A DNA stretch of 64,000 bases from the human T2T-CHM13v2.0 reference genome, Homo sapiens: NCBI RefSeq assembly GCF_009914755.1, contig NC_060938.1; one strand, written 5' to 3'. Shown one piece after another: positions 1-17,083 of the stretch. A program made the position numbers and the translations under genes. Below the pieces are notes generated by a model that made no database searches, was not told the DNA's origin, and saw only the letters and a program-made list of their open reading frames with translations. Each line of letters starts with the position of its first letter. The stretch's first letter is position 1.

Positions 1-713
1 TATCTCATTGTGGTTTTCATTTGCATTTCTCTAATGATTAGTGATTTTTAAAATGGAGCATTTTTTCATATTCTTGTTAACAGCATGTATGTCTTTTTTG
101 AGAAGTGTCTGTTCTTGTCCTTTGCCCATTTTTCAATGAGGTTGTTTAGTTTTTGCTTAAAAATTTTTTTAAGTTCCTTACAGGTTCTGGATATGAGACC
201 TTTGTCAGATCCATAGTTTGCAAATATTTTCTCCCATTTTGTCGGTTGTCTGTTTACTCTGCTGATAGTTTCTTTTGTTGAACATAATCTCCTTAGTATA
301 CTTAGGTCCCACTTGTCTATTTATGTTTTTGTTGCAATAGCTATTGGAAACTTGATCATAAAATCCTTGTTATTGCCTATGTCCAGAATATTATGTTCTG
401 GGCTTTTGTCTAGGGTTTTTATACTTTTAGGTTTTACATTTAGGTCTTTAATCCATCTTAAGTTGATTTTTTTAATATGTTGGAAGGAAGTTGTCCATTT
501 TAAATCTTCTGAATATGGCTAAACAGTTATCCTAGTACCATTCATTGAATAGGGAGTCTGTTCCCATTGCTTCTAATTATAGACTTTGTCAAAGATCAGA
601 TGGTTGTAGGAGTGCAGCCTACAACCTTCTCTAATCTGTTCCATTGGCTTTTGTGTCATGGTTTTTGTACCAGACCTATGATGTTTTGGTTACTATATCC
701 TTGGAGTATAGTT
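1..713 (-). mobile_element. Old LINE-1 ORF2 fragment (L1PB/L1MA-like), antisense
   Basis: Typical antisense L1 ORF2 text (tatctcattgtggttttcatttgcatttctctaatgattagtgat ... tttgtcaaagatcagatggttgtag), degenerate. Confidence 0.85.
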
Positions 714-2008
<1,295 letters not shown>

Positions 2009-2039
2009 GTGGCTGATCAGGAAAAAAAAATTTAGGAAG

Positions 2040-4210
<2,171 letters not shown>

Positions 4211-4425
4211 AAAAGTTTGTCTTCCATCCAGAAAGAACCACTATTGCCATTTTTTGGTATTCCGTTCCAAAATATTCCATGAATATACAATTGTTCAATC
4301 AAATTTAATGTTAGACTTTCTACTTGAACATTCAAAGCACTTAAGAAATTATAGAAAAGTGTCTGTGTGACTCCCTGTCTGCAGAGCACAGGCTGCATCT
4401 CCACTAATACACATGCCACCGGTAC

Positions 4426-4599
4426 TTTATACAGAGTCCTTGTTTGCCTTTAGTCTGATGCCGTGGGTGAGCCTGAGTTGTCCTGTGGTCCGCGTTCCTG
4501 ACCAGGTGTCTTTCTCACCCACTGGTTTCAAAAAAGATGTTACTGGGTTATAGAAGGCTGGGATGGAAACAGGATACCAAGTTCGCATGAAGACAGTAT
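4426..4599 (-). pseudogene. BMS1P: BMS1 unprocessed pseudogene exon (equivalent to about exon 21)
   Basis: Reverse strand reads TVFMRTWYPVSIPAFYNPVTSFLKPVGEKDTWSGTRTTGQLRLTHGIRLKANKDSV*, matching BMS1 (IVFMRTWYPVSIPAFYNPVTSLLKPVGEKDTWSGMRTTGQLRLAHG...); acceptor tctcttttcag and donor gtac present; apparent 2-bp loss gives a stop at the exon end. Confidence 0.93.
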
Positions 4600-4943
4600 C
4601 TGAAAAGAGAGGTAATTTACTTTAACATTTTCAAAAGAAGATGCATATCCATATTGTGAAGAAACGAAGAACAAAACCTTCACTCCAAACTTCTCTACCT
4701 GGTTGCAAAGTATTTGAAGGGAAAGCTCACTAAGGAAGCTACTCCCATAGATCCCAGAACTGTTACTGGGTGTGGCCAGGGGACTGCAGACACAAAGCGA
4801 ATGGGCACACCGCATAAGACTGGGAGATCTAAGGCTGGAGCTGCTCAACTCTCTAGAGACCTGACTCCAGCCTCTCGTCACACTGGCTAGAAGTCAAGCA
4901 TGAATGGTAACATGCTGCCCTGAACACTACTCAAGACACTCAC

Positions 4944-5091
4944 TGCTCATCAGCAGCTTATGCTCAAAGCTGGCCTGGAAGGCTCCTTCTGGAGCCCGGA
5001 GTGCTTTCTTGATCTGCTGCCTTATCTCGCTGACAGTTTGAATCACAGCACCTTCAAATATGGCCACTTCCAAGGCAGAATTAAACATTCC
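4944..5091 (-). pseudogene. BMS1P: BMS1 unprocessed pseudogene exon (equivalent to about exon 20)
   Basis: Reverse strand reads [49 protein letters not shown] (BMS1 [49 protein letters not shown]); 148 bp, cccatag acceptor, gtgagt donor. Confidence 0.93.
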
Positions 5092-5734
5092 CTATGGGTA
5101 TAGCAAGATAAAAATACACACAAAAAATCATATACTTTATGCTTTACTTCTTACCTCAAACATACATCCTTGGTTAAAGAACAAAAACAACTCACTGAAA
5201 GGTGATAAAATAATCAAAATGTATTTGCCCCTGGAAGTGGAATTACTACCACAAAAAGAATACAACTCTTTCATTTTTCCCAAAATAATCATGTGGGTTC
5301 GTGGGCATGCTCATCACTGCTGTCTGTGTGGAAGAGAAGATTAAAGAGGGATTTACTGGACTGCACTGGCCTAGGCAGCCTTTGCTGGCATCTCTCAGCC
5401 TAGACTGCAGCCCAGATCCTTTTACTCAGGTGCATGCATTTAGAACACGAAAACAGTAAGATAAACACTGGTGGTATTATTACTTTATATTGCAAGAACA
5501 CTTAATGATCTTACTATGTGTTTTTAATAGAAACATCCCCACTAATGAAATTGTCAATAAATACTGCTCAAACCACCTTCCCCAAATACTGAAAAACAGT
5601 ACATCCATTTCTCTACCCTTGCCAAGTTGTCTGCAAATGCTCTGTTTTTCTACTGAATGGTTAGACAAACTTGTGATTTTTTTCCCCTTTCTTAACACAA
5701 ATCAAAAAAGTAGGAAACAAAACCCAGTGGATAA

Positions 5735-6041
<307 letters not shown>

Positions 6042-6044
6042 ACA

Positions 6045-6828
6045 CTTAGCTGTATCTAAAAATACATCACCAAACCCAAGGTCACCTGGATATTCTTGAT
6101 CTAGAAGTTTTGTGATTCTGCATTCTACATTTAGATCTTTGATCCATTTTGAGTTTTAATTTTTGAGAAGGGTGTAAAGTCTGAACTTAGATTCTTTTTT
6201 TTTGTACATGGACATCCAATTTTTAAGCACCATTTGTTGAAGAGACTGCATTCTTTCATTTAATTGCCTTTGCTTCTTTGTCAAAGCTCAGCTAACTATA
6301 TTTGCATAGGTCAATTTCCGGGCTCTCTCTTCTGAACCATTGATCAATCTGCATATTCTTTCACTAATGCCATGCTAACTCAATTATTTAGCTGGAGAGT
6401 AAGTCTTAAAGTTGGGTAGTGTCAGTCCTCTGAGTTGTTATTCTTCAGCATTTTGACTATGAGTCTTTTGCGTCTTCATATAAGCTTTAGAATAAATGTG
6501 TTTATATCTACAAAATAACCTGCTAGAATTTTAATTGGAGTAGAGTTGAATCTATAGATCAAGAAGGGGAGTATTAACATCTTAACAATACTGAGTCTTG
6601 CTATCCTTGCACATGAAATATATATCAATTTATTTAGGTTTCCTTTGATTTCTTTCATTAAAGTTTTGAAGTTTTCCTCATATAGATCCTGTACATATTT
6701 TGTTTACTGTATGCCTACATATTTCATTTTTGGGGTACTCATGTAAATAGCATTGTATTTGAAATTTCAAATTCCAGTTTTTTTCATTGCTAGTATATAG
6801 GAAAGCAATTAACTTTTAATACTAACCT
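6045..6828 (-). mobile_element. Old L1M ORF2 fragment
   Basis: Antisense L1 text; ORF 6476-6658(-) is L1 ORF2-like (RLSIVKMLILP..IYRFNSTPIKI). Confidence 0.8.
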
Positions 6829-7328
6829 TATGGTTTGGATTTGTGTCCCCACTCAAATCTCATGTCTAATTGTAATCCCCAGTGTAGGAGGAGGGGTCTG
6901 GGCAGAGGTAATTGGATCATGGGGGAGGATTTCTCCCTTGCCATTCTTGTATAGTGAGTTCTCACCAGATCTGATTGTTTAAAAGTACGTAGCATCTTCC
7001 CTTTTGCTCTCTCTTCCTCCTGCTTCAGCCATGTAAGGCGTGTCACCTCCCTCTTCACCTCCTGCCATGATTGTAAATTTCTTGAGGCTTCCTCAGCCAT
7101 GCTTCTTGTTCAGCCTGCAGAATCGTGATCCAATTAAACCACTTTTCTTTATAAAATTACCCAGTCTCAGGTAGTTCTTCATAGCAGTGCAAGAACAGAC
7201 TAATACAGAAAATTGGTACTGGGAAGTAGAGCATTGCTATGAAGATACCTGAAAATGTGGAAGCAGCTTTGGAAGTGGGTAATGGGCAGAGGTTGGAACA
7301 GTTTGGAGAGCTTAGAAGAAGACAGGAA
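6829..7328 (+). mobile_element. MSTA-like MaLR LTR (6829-7207) plus the start of its internal region
   Basis: tatggtttggatttgtgtcccc...gaacagactaataca, then gaaaattggtactgg internal start. Confidence 0.88.
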
Positions 7329-7572
7329 GGCCTGGGCCCAGTGGCTCATGCCTGTAATCCCAGCACTTTGGGAGTCTGAGGTGGGCAGATCTCAAGGTCA
7401 GGAGATTGAGACCATGCTGGCTAACACGGTGAAACCCCATCTCTACTAAAAATACAAAAAAAAAAAAAAAAGAAAGAAAAGAAAAGAATTAGCCAGGTGT
7501 GGTGGCATGCACCTATAGTCCTAGCTACTAGGGAGGCTTGGGCAGGAGAATTGCTTGAACTCAGGAGGCAGA
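7329..7572 (+). mobile_element. 3'-truncated Alu with expanded middle A-tract
   Basis: Left arm, long A-rich linker; right arm stops at ggaggcagag. Confidence 0.9.
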
Positions 7573-9470
7573 GTGGTGAAAATGAGCATCTCTTGTTCCA
7601 GAGCTTAGAGGAGAGGCTTTCAGTTTTTCTGCCATTCAGTAAGATACTATACTTGTGGGAGTGTCTTATATGGCTTTTATTGTGTTGAGGTATGTTTCTT
7701 CTATACCCTGTTTTTTGAAGGGTTTTCACAATAAAATGTTGAATTTTATCAAATGCTTTACCGCATCAATTGACATTATTATATAAATTTTGTCCTTCAT
7801 TCTGTTGATATGATGATCACATTGATTTGCATATTTTGAACCATCCTTCCATTCCTGGCATAAATTCCACTTAGTCATTATGAATAATTTTCAATATGTT
7901 GTGGATTTGTTTTGTTTGTAAATTTCCTTGAGGATTTTTGCATCAATTTTTCATAGGGATATTGGCCTGTAGTTTTCTCTTTTAATTTGTCTTTGGTTTA
8001 AGTATCAGGCATTGAAATATTCCTCCCTCCTCTATTCTTTGGGATAGTTTGAGTAGGATTGGTGTTAGTTATTCTGTACGTGTTTGGTAAAATACAGCAG
8101 TGAAGCTATTGCTTCCAGGATTTTCTTTGTTGGTAGTTTTTATTAAGGCTTTGATTTCATTATTTGTTATTGGTCGGTTCAGGTTTTGAATTTCTTCATG
8201 GTTTAATCTTGGTAGGTTAAACTACTACAAGAAGACATTGGGGAAATTCTCCAGGCTATTAGACTATGGAAAGATTTCTTAAGCAATACCCCACAAGCAC
8301 AGACAACCAAAGCAAAAGTGGACAATTGGGATTGCACTAAGTTAAAAAGCTTCTGCATAGCAAAAGAGACAGTCAACAAAGAGAAAATGCAAAAAATGGG
8401 GAAACGTATTTGCAAACTATCCATTTGACAAGGGATTAATAACCAGAATATATAAAAAGCTCAAACAACTGTATAGAGAAAAATCTAATAATCTGATTTG
8501 AAAATGGGCAAGAGATCTTAATAGATATTTCTCAAAAAAAGAAATACAAAAGACTAACAGACTTAGGAAAAGGTGGCCAACATCACTGATTATCAGAGAA
8601 ATGCAAATCAGAACTATGAAGAGATATCATCTCACCTCAGTTAAAATGGCTTTTTTTTCAAAAGACAGGTGATAACAAATGCTGGTGAGGATATGGAAAA
8701 AAAGCCAACCCTTGCATACTGTTGGTGGGAATGTAAATTAGTGCAACCACTATGGAGAACAATTTGGAGGTTCCTCAAAAAACTAAAATTAGAGCTATCA
8801 TATGATCCAGCAATCTCATTGCTAGATATATACACAAAAAAAGAAAATCAATATATCGAAGAGATAACTGCACTCCTATGTTTATTGCATTACTATTCAC
8901 AATATCCAAGATGTGGAAGCAACCTCAGTGTCCATCAACAGATGAATGGATAAAGAAAATGTGCCTATATATGATGGAGTACTTTTCAGCCATAACAAAG
9001 AATGAGATTCTGTCATTAGTGACAACATGGAATGGTGCTGTAGGATATTATTTTAAGTAAAATAAGCCAGCCACAGAAAGATAAACTTTGTACATTCACA
9101 TTGATTTGGGGGAGCTGAATATTAAAACAAACTCATGAAGATAGAGTAGAATGGTTGTTACTTGAGGCTGGGAAGTGTAGCCAGTGGGGGGACGTGGGGA
9201 TGGTTAATAGGTACAAAATGTAGTTACAATGAATAAGATCTTTTATTTGATAGCACAACGGGGTAACTATAGTCAGCAATAGTTTTTTGTACATTTTAAG
9301 ATAACTGCGTATAACTGAATTGTTCATAATACAAGGAAATGATAAATGTTTGAGATGATGGATAACGCATTTACCCTGATGTGATTATTATGCATTATAT
9401 GTTTGTATCAAAATATCTCATATACCCCATAAATACATATATGCCTACTGTGTACCCATAAAAACTACAA
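7572..9470. mobile_element. L1MA-like element with 5' inversion (antisense 7572-8218, sense 8219-9470)
   Basis: Antisense ORF2 ends aatcttggtaggtt and is joined directly to sense ORF2 aaactactacaagaagacattgg, which runs to an L1MA 3' end. Confidence 0.8.
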
Positions 9471-9649
9471 AAGACCCATAGATGGTGACACCTGGGGATT
9501 TCCTGATACAATAGTGGGTTCTGGCTGATCATCCCACAGGGAAGCCACTCAGCAGCCACACAGTTCCCCCTACACACACCCCCCTAGTAATCGGCTTTGT
9601 TAGTATATAAACCTTAAAATATGTGCAGAAAATATCACAAGTCATACGG

Positions 9650-10445
9650 GAGATGTAAAGCAAGATCACAAAGAGGTACAACTTCATACCCATTAAAATG
9701 GCGATTATAATGCAAACAAACAAAAGATGGAAAATTAAAAGTGTTGACAAGGACATGGAGAAAATGAAACCCTTGTGCATTACTAATAGTAGTGTAAAGT
9801 GGTGGACTGCTCTACAGAGCAGCACAGTGGTTCCTCAAAAAGTTGAACATAGAATTACTATATGACCCAGTAATTCCACTTTGAGGTATATAGCCCCAAT
9901 AATTAAATGTAGGGACCCAAAAAGATATTTGCATAGCAATGTTTACAGCAGCAGTACTCACGGTAGCCAGAAGGTGGAAGCAACATCATGCCCACTGGTG
10001 GATGAATGGATAAACAAATGTGATATATGCACGCAATGGAATATTATTGGAATATTATTCCTTTTTAAAGGAAGGAGATTCTGACACATTTCACAATGTG
10101 GATGAACAATGAAACCTTGAATACATTATGCTAATGGAAATAAGCCAAACACAAAAAGACAAATACTGTATGATTCCACTTATATGAGGTACCTAAGATA
10201 GGCAAAGTCATAGAGGCAGAAAGTAGAATGGTGGTTAATAGGGACTGGAAGATGACAGGAGTTAGGAATTACTGTTTTACAGGTACAGAGCTTCACATGA
10301 AAAAGTTCTAGAGAGGAATGGTGGGAATCATTACAAAACATTATGAATATAGTTAAAGCAACTGAACTGTACACTTAAAATAGTTAATGTGATACATTTT
10401 ATGTTACATGTATTTTGCCCACTGAAAAAATAAAAATATATAAAC
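9650..10445 (+). mobile_element. L1MB-like 3' end
   Basis: gttcctcaaaaagttgaacatagaattac, gatgaatggataaacaaatg, actgaactgtacacttaaaa. Confidence 0.8.
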
Positions 10446-10505
10446 ACACAGCAAATGATGACCAGGCCTTTGAAGAAAGCTTATAAAACAAAATTAAGAA
10501 GCCAA

Positions 10506-10943
<438 letters not shown>

Positions 10944-12489
10944 TTAGATACCAGAAAATTAAACACAAAATACAAAAAATGAGAGAGGGAGATGACAAAA
11001 ATTAGAAAATCAACTCAAGAGGTTCAATACCTAACGAGATCCAGAAGAAAAAGGGAAGCTAGAGGGGAAGAAAATTATTGTAGAAACAATAGAAAGACAT
11101 TTCCAAGAATTAACAAGAAAAACAGACATGTACCACTAGGGGTTTATTAAATGCACAAATTAAAAAAAAAATAAGCCTACCCCAAGATTCATGATTGGAA
11201 TGGTATATGCTAAGGATACTCAAGAAATTTTAAATATTCTGAAGGGGGTAAAGCCAGAGTAGGGCAGGATGGGTGAGAGACAGGTCACATAAACATGTTA
11301 TTTTGAAATATAAAAATACATTTTTTAAGTAAAAAATGTTGAAGTTGGCTGTGTCTGGGGAGTAAATAGGAAGTACTGAATGAAGAGCAGTCTGTTTCTT
11401 TGTGAAATCTTATACTACCATTGGACTTCTAAAACCATGTTTCTTTAAATTTTATCCTGGCTCTCTTTCAAAGTAATGCATTCACAGCTTATATTTACAT
11501 GTAAAAATATGCAGGTGAAAAATGCTAATATAAAATTATTCCAAAGCCTTTTCTAAAGTGTCAAGAAGTGCTAGGATTTACTTAGCAGAAATCATCTCAG
11601 GATGAATTCCTTGTCAATTCTGGGAAATGACTGCCAGAGAGAGAGGAATAACAGAGTGGTCACAAAACTGTGATCAAAAGACAGCCTGATCAAAACATAC
11701 ACTAAGAAATTCATGATTGTTAGATAGAAAACACAAATGTGCAGATTCCCTGGGATTTCTCACTAAGTTAATATTTGCAGAAATAAACCATGTTTTAACT
11801 GTTCAGTTTCCTTTGGGATGCATTTAGTTTTAAATACATTCAATATTAATGAAATAACTAAATCTATTATAAATACTCTTTAAAAACATCAGAAAGTCAA
11901 GATAATTTGACTAAGTATCTAAAAATAAACTCATTTTCTTGAAAGAATGCAAGTAAAATGTTCAGTAAGTGATTAATACACGTACCACAGGTTACTCTGG
12001 CAATGTTGTGCTTCTTTTAGTTCATGGTAGTCTATGTAAGAGTCCTAGTCTTGTCAGAAAAGAGGTATTTTACCTAAATCAGAGAAACAAAAATATAGTA
12101 TTCTGTTGTTTTTGACTCCACCTCTAGCTGAATTCAGAAGGCATATTCTGAAATAGCACAGAAAAACATGTAAAGTTTCTCAATCACTGTCACTACCACA
12201 ATGAAGATGCATCTAAAAACAGCATGGGTCTGCTACAGATTATGTCACTTTCCACGATGCAAAGTTTTACAGATTTAATACACAAAGCTCTCAACTCACA
12301 AAGGTGAAAAGATAACTGACTGAGTAGGTCAGCAAGCAAACCATCTCAACAAGATTAAATGAATGCAAAACAGATGCACTCCAAATGCAAATGTGGTACG
12401 CAGATTACGTTACCTGTGGCCATATGTACTAAAGAAGAGGGAGAGAACTCAAGGCCCCAGAACAAGAGAGAAGTCCAGGCCAGGCTCTG

Positions 12490-12580
12490 GACACTAACTA
12501 GCCATGTGGATTGTGAACAGTCACCTCATCCTTCATGGCCTCAGTTTCCACATCTATGAAATAAGGGGTCTGGTCAGGAG
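12490..12580. mobile_element. MIR core fragment
   Basis: gtcacctcatccttcatggcctcagtttccacatctatgaaataaggg. Confidence 0.6.
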
Positions 12581-14067
12581 ACACATAACAGCATTCTACA
12601 TGTAACTGGAGAAATTGTGTCATGGATAGGGAAGGGAGGGTAATTAACCCAATTGCCTCTAGAGGGCAAATAATTAACAGAATTGCCTCCAGTTTCTCCA
12701 TGGCTTTCTAAAGAGGGGTCAAGACTTGCTGGATGCCAGATGTTTTCCAGGGATCCCAGAGAATTGGTCTATGGAGGCAGTGCTTTACTGTATTATAGAA
12801 GAGGAATTAATCACACTAATTGCTTACTCTGTACTTTTGCTTAATGATACAATATAAACAAATACAATGAGAAGTCATTTTAAAGCAATCAAACGGGCTT
12901 CAAGTTATTAAAGCTCCTGAAGAATCAAACATTACCTCCATATATAGAATTATTATACTAGGTGCAATTAATGATTTGATTTATAGATGTTTTTACACAG
13001 GTTTGATATGCAACAAGTCTAGGGGTATAAAATCAATAAAATCTGCCTTCTAATAAGCAGTGGTTTCTGCCTTTTTCTTTAAAAATTATATCAAAATAGT
13101 AAAACATGAATATTTTAAAATAAAAAATTATTGACATTTATTTTCATTCTGCCTGCTGAATTTTAACTTTTCCTCAAAAAGAAAAACTTCTTTCTCATGC
13201 AAACTATCCCCATATCCCTAATTAGGATGAATTATTGAAGCATCCTGGGTGATTTCTGAACACTTTCAATCCTTCAATTATTCAGGTCTAGTTTAATGGC
13301 ACCTGAGAACAATTACATACTGAGAACTGTCCTAAACTGACAAAGGCGACCAAAGAGCTTCTACAGGAGCATACCTGTACCCTCACATTGGCTCCAAAGT
13401 CTCCAGAGGGAAACGGACAGGACATGATGCATCAGCTCTTTTTTTACTGTATTATGCTTGGAAAGATTGTTATGGAAACATAGAATAAATAGATAGATAA
13501 ATCAACCTTGCCTGGAAAACTGGAAAAAGGTTCAAAGAGGAGGCAAATTTAGACCAATATGTACCAAGAACTCATTGATTCTTACGGGAGTAGGTTATTA
13601 CCAGACAGACAAGTGAAATTCAGTAGGCAGAATGATAATAAATGTCATTTATTAAATATTAAAAAGACAAATACCTTCCCTATTTTAGAAATAAGGTAGG
13701 CAAAGGAACTGAGGAGTGGAAATTGAAGGCCAGCTCTGGGTGCTTTGTGAACAGAGCCCAGTTGACAGTGGGAAGATCTGTGCTCTATGCTAAGGACATG
13801 CTCTGTAATGACAATCCACTCGGTTGCACTAAGAATTTAAGAGCATTTATATGAATATATACAATTTAAGGAAAGATAAAGAGAAAAATTTGCTATCAAC
13901 TCTGTGTAGATTTGGAAAATGGTGTCAAAGGAACAGTTTCACCTGCATTTCTTTGTCTAGAAAGTTTTATTTTATTAAAAAATGTAGTCTACAAACGAGC
14001 CTCAATTTTTGGCAATAAACTCAAAAATGCTACACAAACCATCACAGAATTCGGTTTGTCCTTGCAG

Positions 14068-14158
14068 GAAAGAAAAAAGAAGAAAACAAACCTCCATACG
14101 AGAATGGGTCTAAAGGAACTTCCCAAACCTCCATGATTTTGCAGGAAACAAGATAAAG
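14068..14158 (+). ncRNA. Internal exon of DUXAP8/9/10-type lncRNA
   Basis: Acceptor tttgtccttgcag|G and donor AAG|gtaatc, 91 bp. Splicing to 24830 gives AAGATAAAG-GTGGTTTCCACAAG, a junction I recall from DUXAP8/10 transcripts (not verified here). Confidence 0.75.
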
Positions 14159-14272
14159 GTAATCACCTGCAGCACCTGGACCCATCTAGATTAACTACTC
14201 AGCCTCCAGAGGAAGGTCTTCAGGACTCAGACCTTAGTTATAGATTAGAAGTTAATCACTTATGTCTTCAGA
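14075..14272 (+). mobile_element. MER34/MER39-group ERV1 LTR fragment
   Basis: cctggacccatctagatt...ccagaggaaggtcttcaggactcagaccttagttatagatt...gttaatcacttatgtctt. Confidence 0.6.
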
Positions 14273-14369
14273 CAGGCCCTGTTCCATGTTTAGAGAGAGA
14301 TCTTTGAGCACCCATCTTCATACATTTGAGAACAGGGTCACTGAGAGGGAGTCTCTGAGGTCACAGAGT

Positions 14370-14690
14370 TTATTAGTTCATTTTCACACTCCAGGAAAGA
14401 AGTTTAATTCACAGTTCCACATGGCTGGGGAGGCCTCAGGAAACTTACAATCATGGTGGAAGGGGAAGCAAACACATCCTTCACGTGGCAGCAGGAGAGA
14501 GAAGTGCAGAAGAGGGGAAAGTCCCCTTATAAAACCATCAGATCTCGTGGGAACTCACTCAGTATCACGAGAACAGCATGTGGGAACCACTCCCATGATG
14601 TAATGCCCTCTCACAAGGCCCCTCCCCCAACACGTGGGGATTACAGTTCAAAATGACATTTGGGTGCAGACACAGAGCCACACCATATTA
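14370..14690 (-). mobile_element. THE1 (C/D-like) MaLR LTR
   Basis: cacagttccacatggctggggaggcctcaggaaacttacaatcatgg...cacagagccacaccatatta. Confidence 0.88.
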
Positions 14691-14751
14691 CAGAGCCAGA
14701 AGAGCTGAGCAGTGGGCGCTAAGTAAATGTTCATTAAACCAAACCCCTGCA

Positions 14752-14925
14752 CAAGGCTGGCTTCATAGAGGTGCCACCTGTGCAGTGGCAAAAGCCCCAC
14801 TGTCAGAGGGGACCTGAACTTGTTTTAGTGCTATGTTGTCACTGCCTTCAAATTCTTAACAATTTTTGAACAGACTCCACATTTTCAGTTAGCACCGGGT
14901 CCTGCAAATTATGTACCCAGTCCTG
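14752..14925 (+). mobile_element. MER45A hAT DNA transposon
   Basis: caaggctggcttcat...ctgcaaattatgtacccagtcctg with imperfect terminal inverted repeats, ~175 bp. Confidence 0.8.
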
Positions 14926-16763
14926 TCCCTGAAACAAAGATAAGGTTTGTTCATGAAGGGACTCACTCGACCCCTCCCTGCCCATCTCACTCCAAGATGC
15001 CCTAAGTAAAGGGGAACACAGAGCTAGGAGAAGGCAGTATTTGAGGATGATCTTGGAGGTCCCACCTGATCATGGCTGGTGATGCATGTGTGTGGGTGGG
15101 AGAATTTGGCTGCTCTCTTCTGGCACCTTCCATCCCATGTACAAGGCCTGCACTTTGCCTGTCTGTCCCAAGTCCTCCTACCTGACTCAGACCAGGAGTG
15201 TGGATGGGGGGGGGGTGGTGGCGGGCACTGGGGCCCAGTACTCCTGGTCCCAGCTGGAGTTCCCTGTTGACTGGGGAGATTTGGCCCCTCTGACTACTCC
15301 TACCCCATCCCCACTAGGACAGGAGTTGGTGAAGGGGACAGGGTGGGAGGCTTAACTAGTAGCCAGGGGCAGGCGGCAGGCAGTGGGGCGAAGATCAGGC
15401 TGAATTTTCCTGCTACTGATCTGCTCTCTGGAAGAGGCATTCATGAACTGGCTTAGGCTGTGGCTTGGCTATTTTAGGAATATTCTTAACCCTTCCTGAG
15501 TCACTGCCGCCATCAGACTTCTCTCCCAGAGCACAGAGCACCAGACTATTCCCTCTCCTTGTCCCCTCCTCCCCAGTCCCTGCTTTCCTCCCTGGCAGCT
15601 GAGGTCAGAGTTTTCTCAGGGGCGGGGCAAGTTGACTTCTGCCAAGGAAAACTCCGGGGTCCCTGAGCCCCCTTCTTTGTCCTGTGACTTCTCCCTCTTC
15701 ATCACAGCTCTGGACTCAGCAAAGTGGCAGAATGGGCATCACCTCAGCCCTTCTCCTCATCTTATAAAATTGGAACTTCAGCATCTCTCATCTGAGGGAA
15801 AATAGTTGACCTGCATCCCCAGAGTAAGATGGGAAGCTGCAGTCCTGATTTCCAGCCTCTGGCAGAGCAGGAGCCCCTGCCTGCCTGGCTTTGATGCCCT
15901 GTTAGGGGCACGTTTCCAGCAGGGAGTCACATGCCAGAGCCCCTCATGGGGTTACCTCTGCCTGGTTTTTTCCTCCACTCCAGGTTCTTCCCAGAGTCTG
16001 GCTTTTTGGAAAAACCTAGGCCATGATATAGGCATTACCTGTGTAAGGCTAAGGGGGGTCCCACTGCGGGCCAGGAGGGCTCAACATCAATATATCTGAA
16101 TTTCAAGCCAAGACAGGGGGCAAAGATCTTGGCCCAGTGTCAGGGGTTTCTGTGTCCCTGACAGCTGGGCTTGCCTGAGCTGGGAGGCCCAGCATATCTG
16201 GGCCTTGTGATGCCTTCTGACAGTAGGAGTTGGAGTTTGCCACCAACTGCTATTGGGAAAGCTTGACATGGTGATCCAGGAATAAGGCTGATGATGCCAC
16301 AAAAATGCCCAAGGGCCTGTGGTGTGCCTGACAGTGTCCTGGGAAGTGGATATAGAGGATCAATAATCAATAATCATTATTTCCCTGAGAAAGGAAGCTC
16401 TCTTGGGGTGGTTAACCAGGTGTCTGGCCACAAGCCTAGGCCAGGGTTGATGGGCTGGGGCAAGTGAGTCATCCCAACTCATTCCCCCTCCTCCAGGTTA
16501 TCACAACCAGCCCAGCTCCAGAAGTGAAAGAGCTGGCTGCAGCTGGGCATGAGGCCAAATGAAAATGCTTTCACTCCCCTCAAGGGCTGCAGAGGGGGCC
16601 CTTGCAAAGGGAGGGTCACCGAGCTGCAATTTCTTCTGCCTCCAATCCAGAAAGAGCCTGAAGGATTGCTCAAGGTGTCCTGGGAAAGATTTTGATTTCA
16701 AAGAGACAATCTCCCCCAGGAACTCCAGGAGAATTTTGTGTGGCGTTTAAAGGGTAAGAAGCT

Positions 16764-16892
16764 GCTGGGTGTGGCAGCTCACACCTGTAATTGCTGTGCT
16801 TTCAGAGCTACAGGCAGGAGGATCACTTGAGGCCAGGAGTTAGAGAACAGTCCGGGCAACACAGTGAGACACCCCCCACTACAAAAAACAAG
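16764..16892 (+). mobile_element. FLAM / Alu monomer
   Basis: Single Alu left-arm-like unit with A tail. Confidence 0.8.
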
Positions 16893-17083
16893 AAGACCCC
16901 TCTTTTTACCCCTAACTGAGAGGCGTGACTAGAAGGCAGAAAGCTGGCTGTTGAGGTGGGAGTCTCTCTCTTCAGGCAGAGGTAGGGCCGCTTCCTGGGG
17001 CAGAGGCGTGGGTGGTGTGTCTGGCTCTGCAGTTCCTGATGAAGACATACTGGGGTGCCCAGGCTAACCTTTGGCAAAACTAG

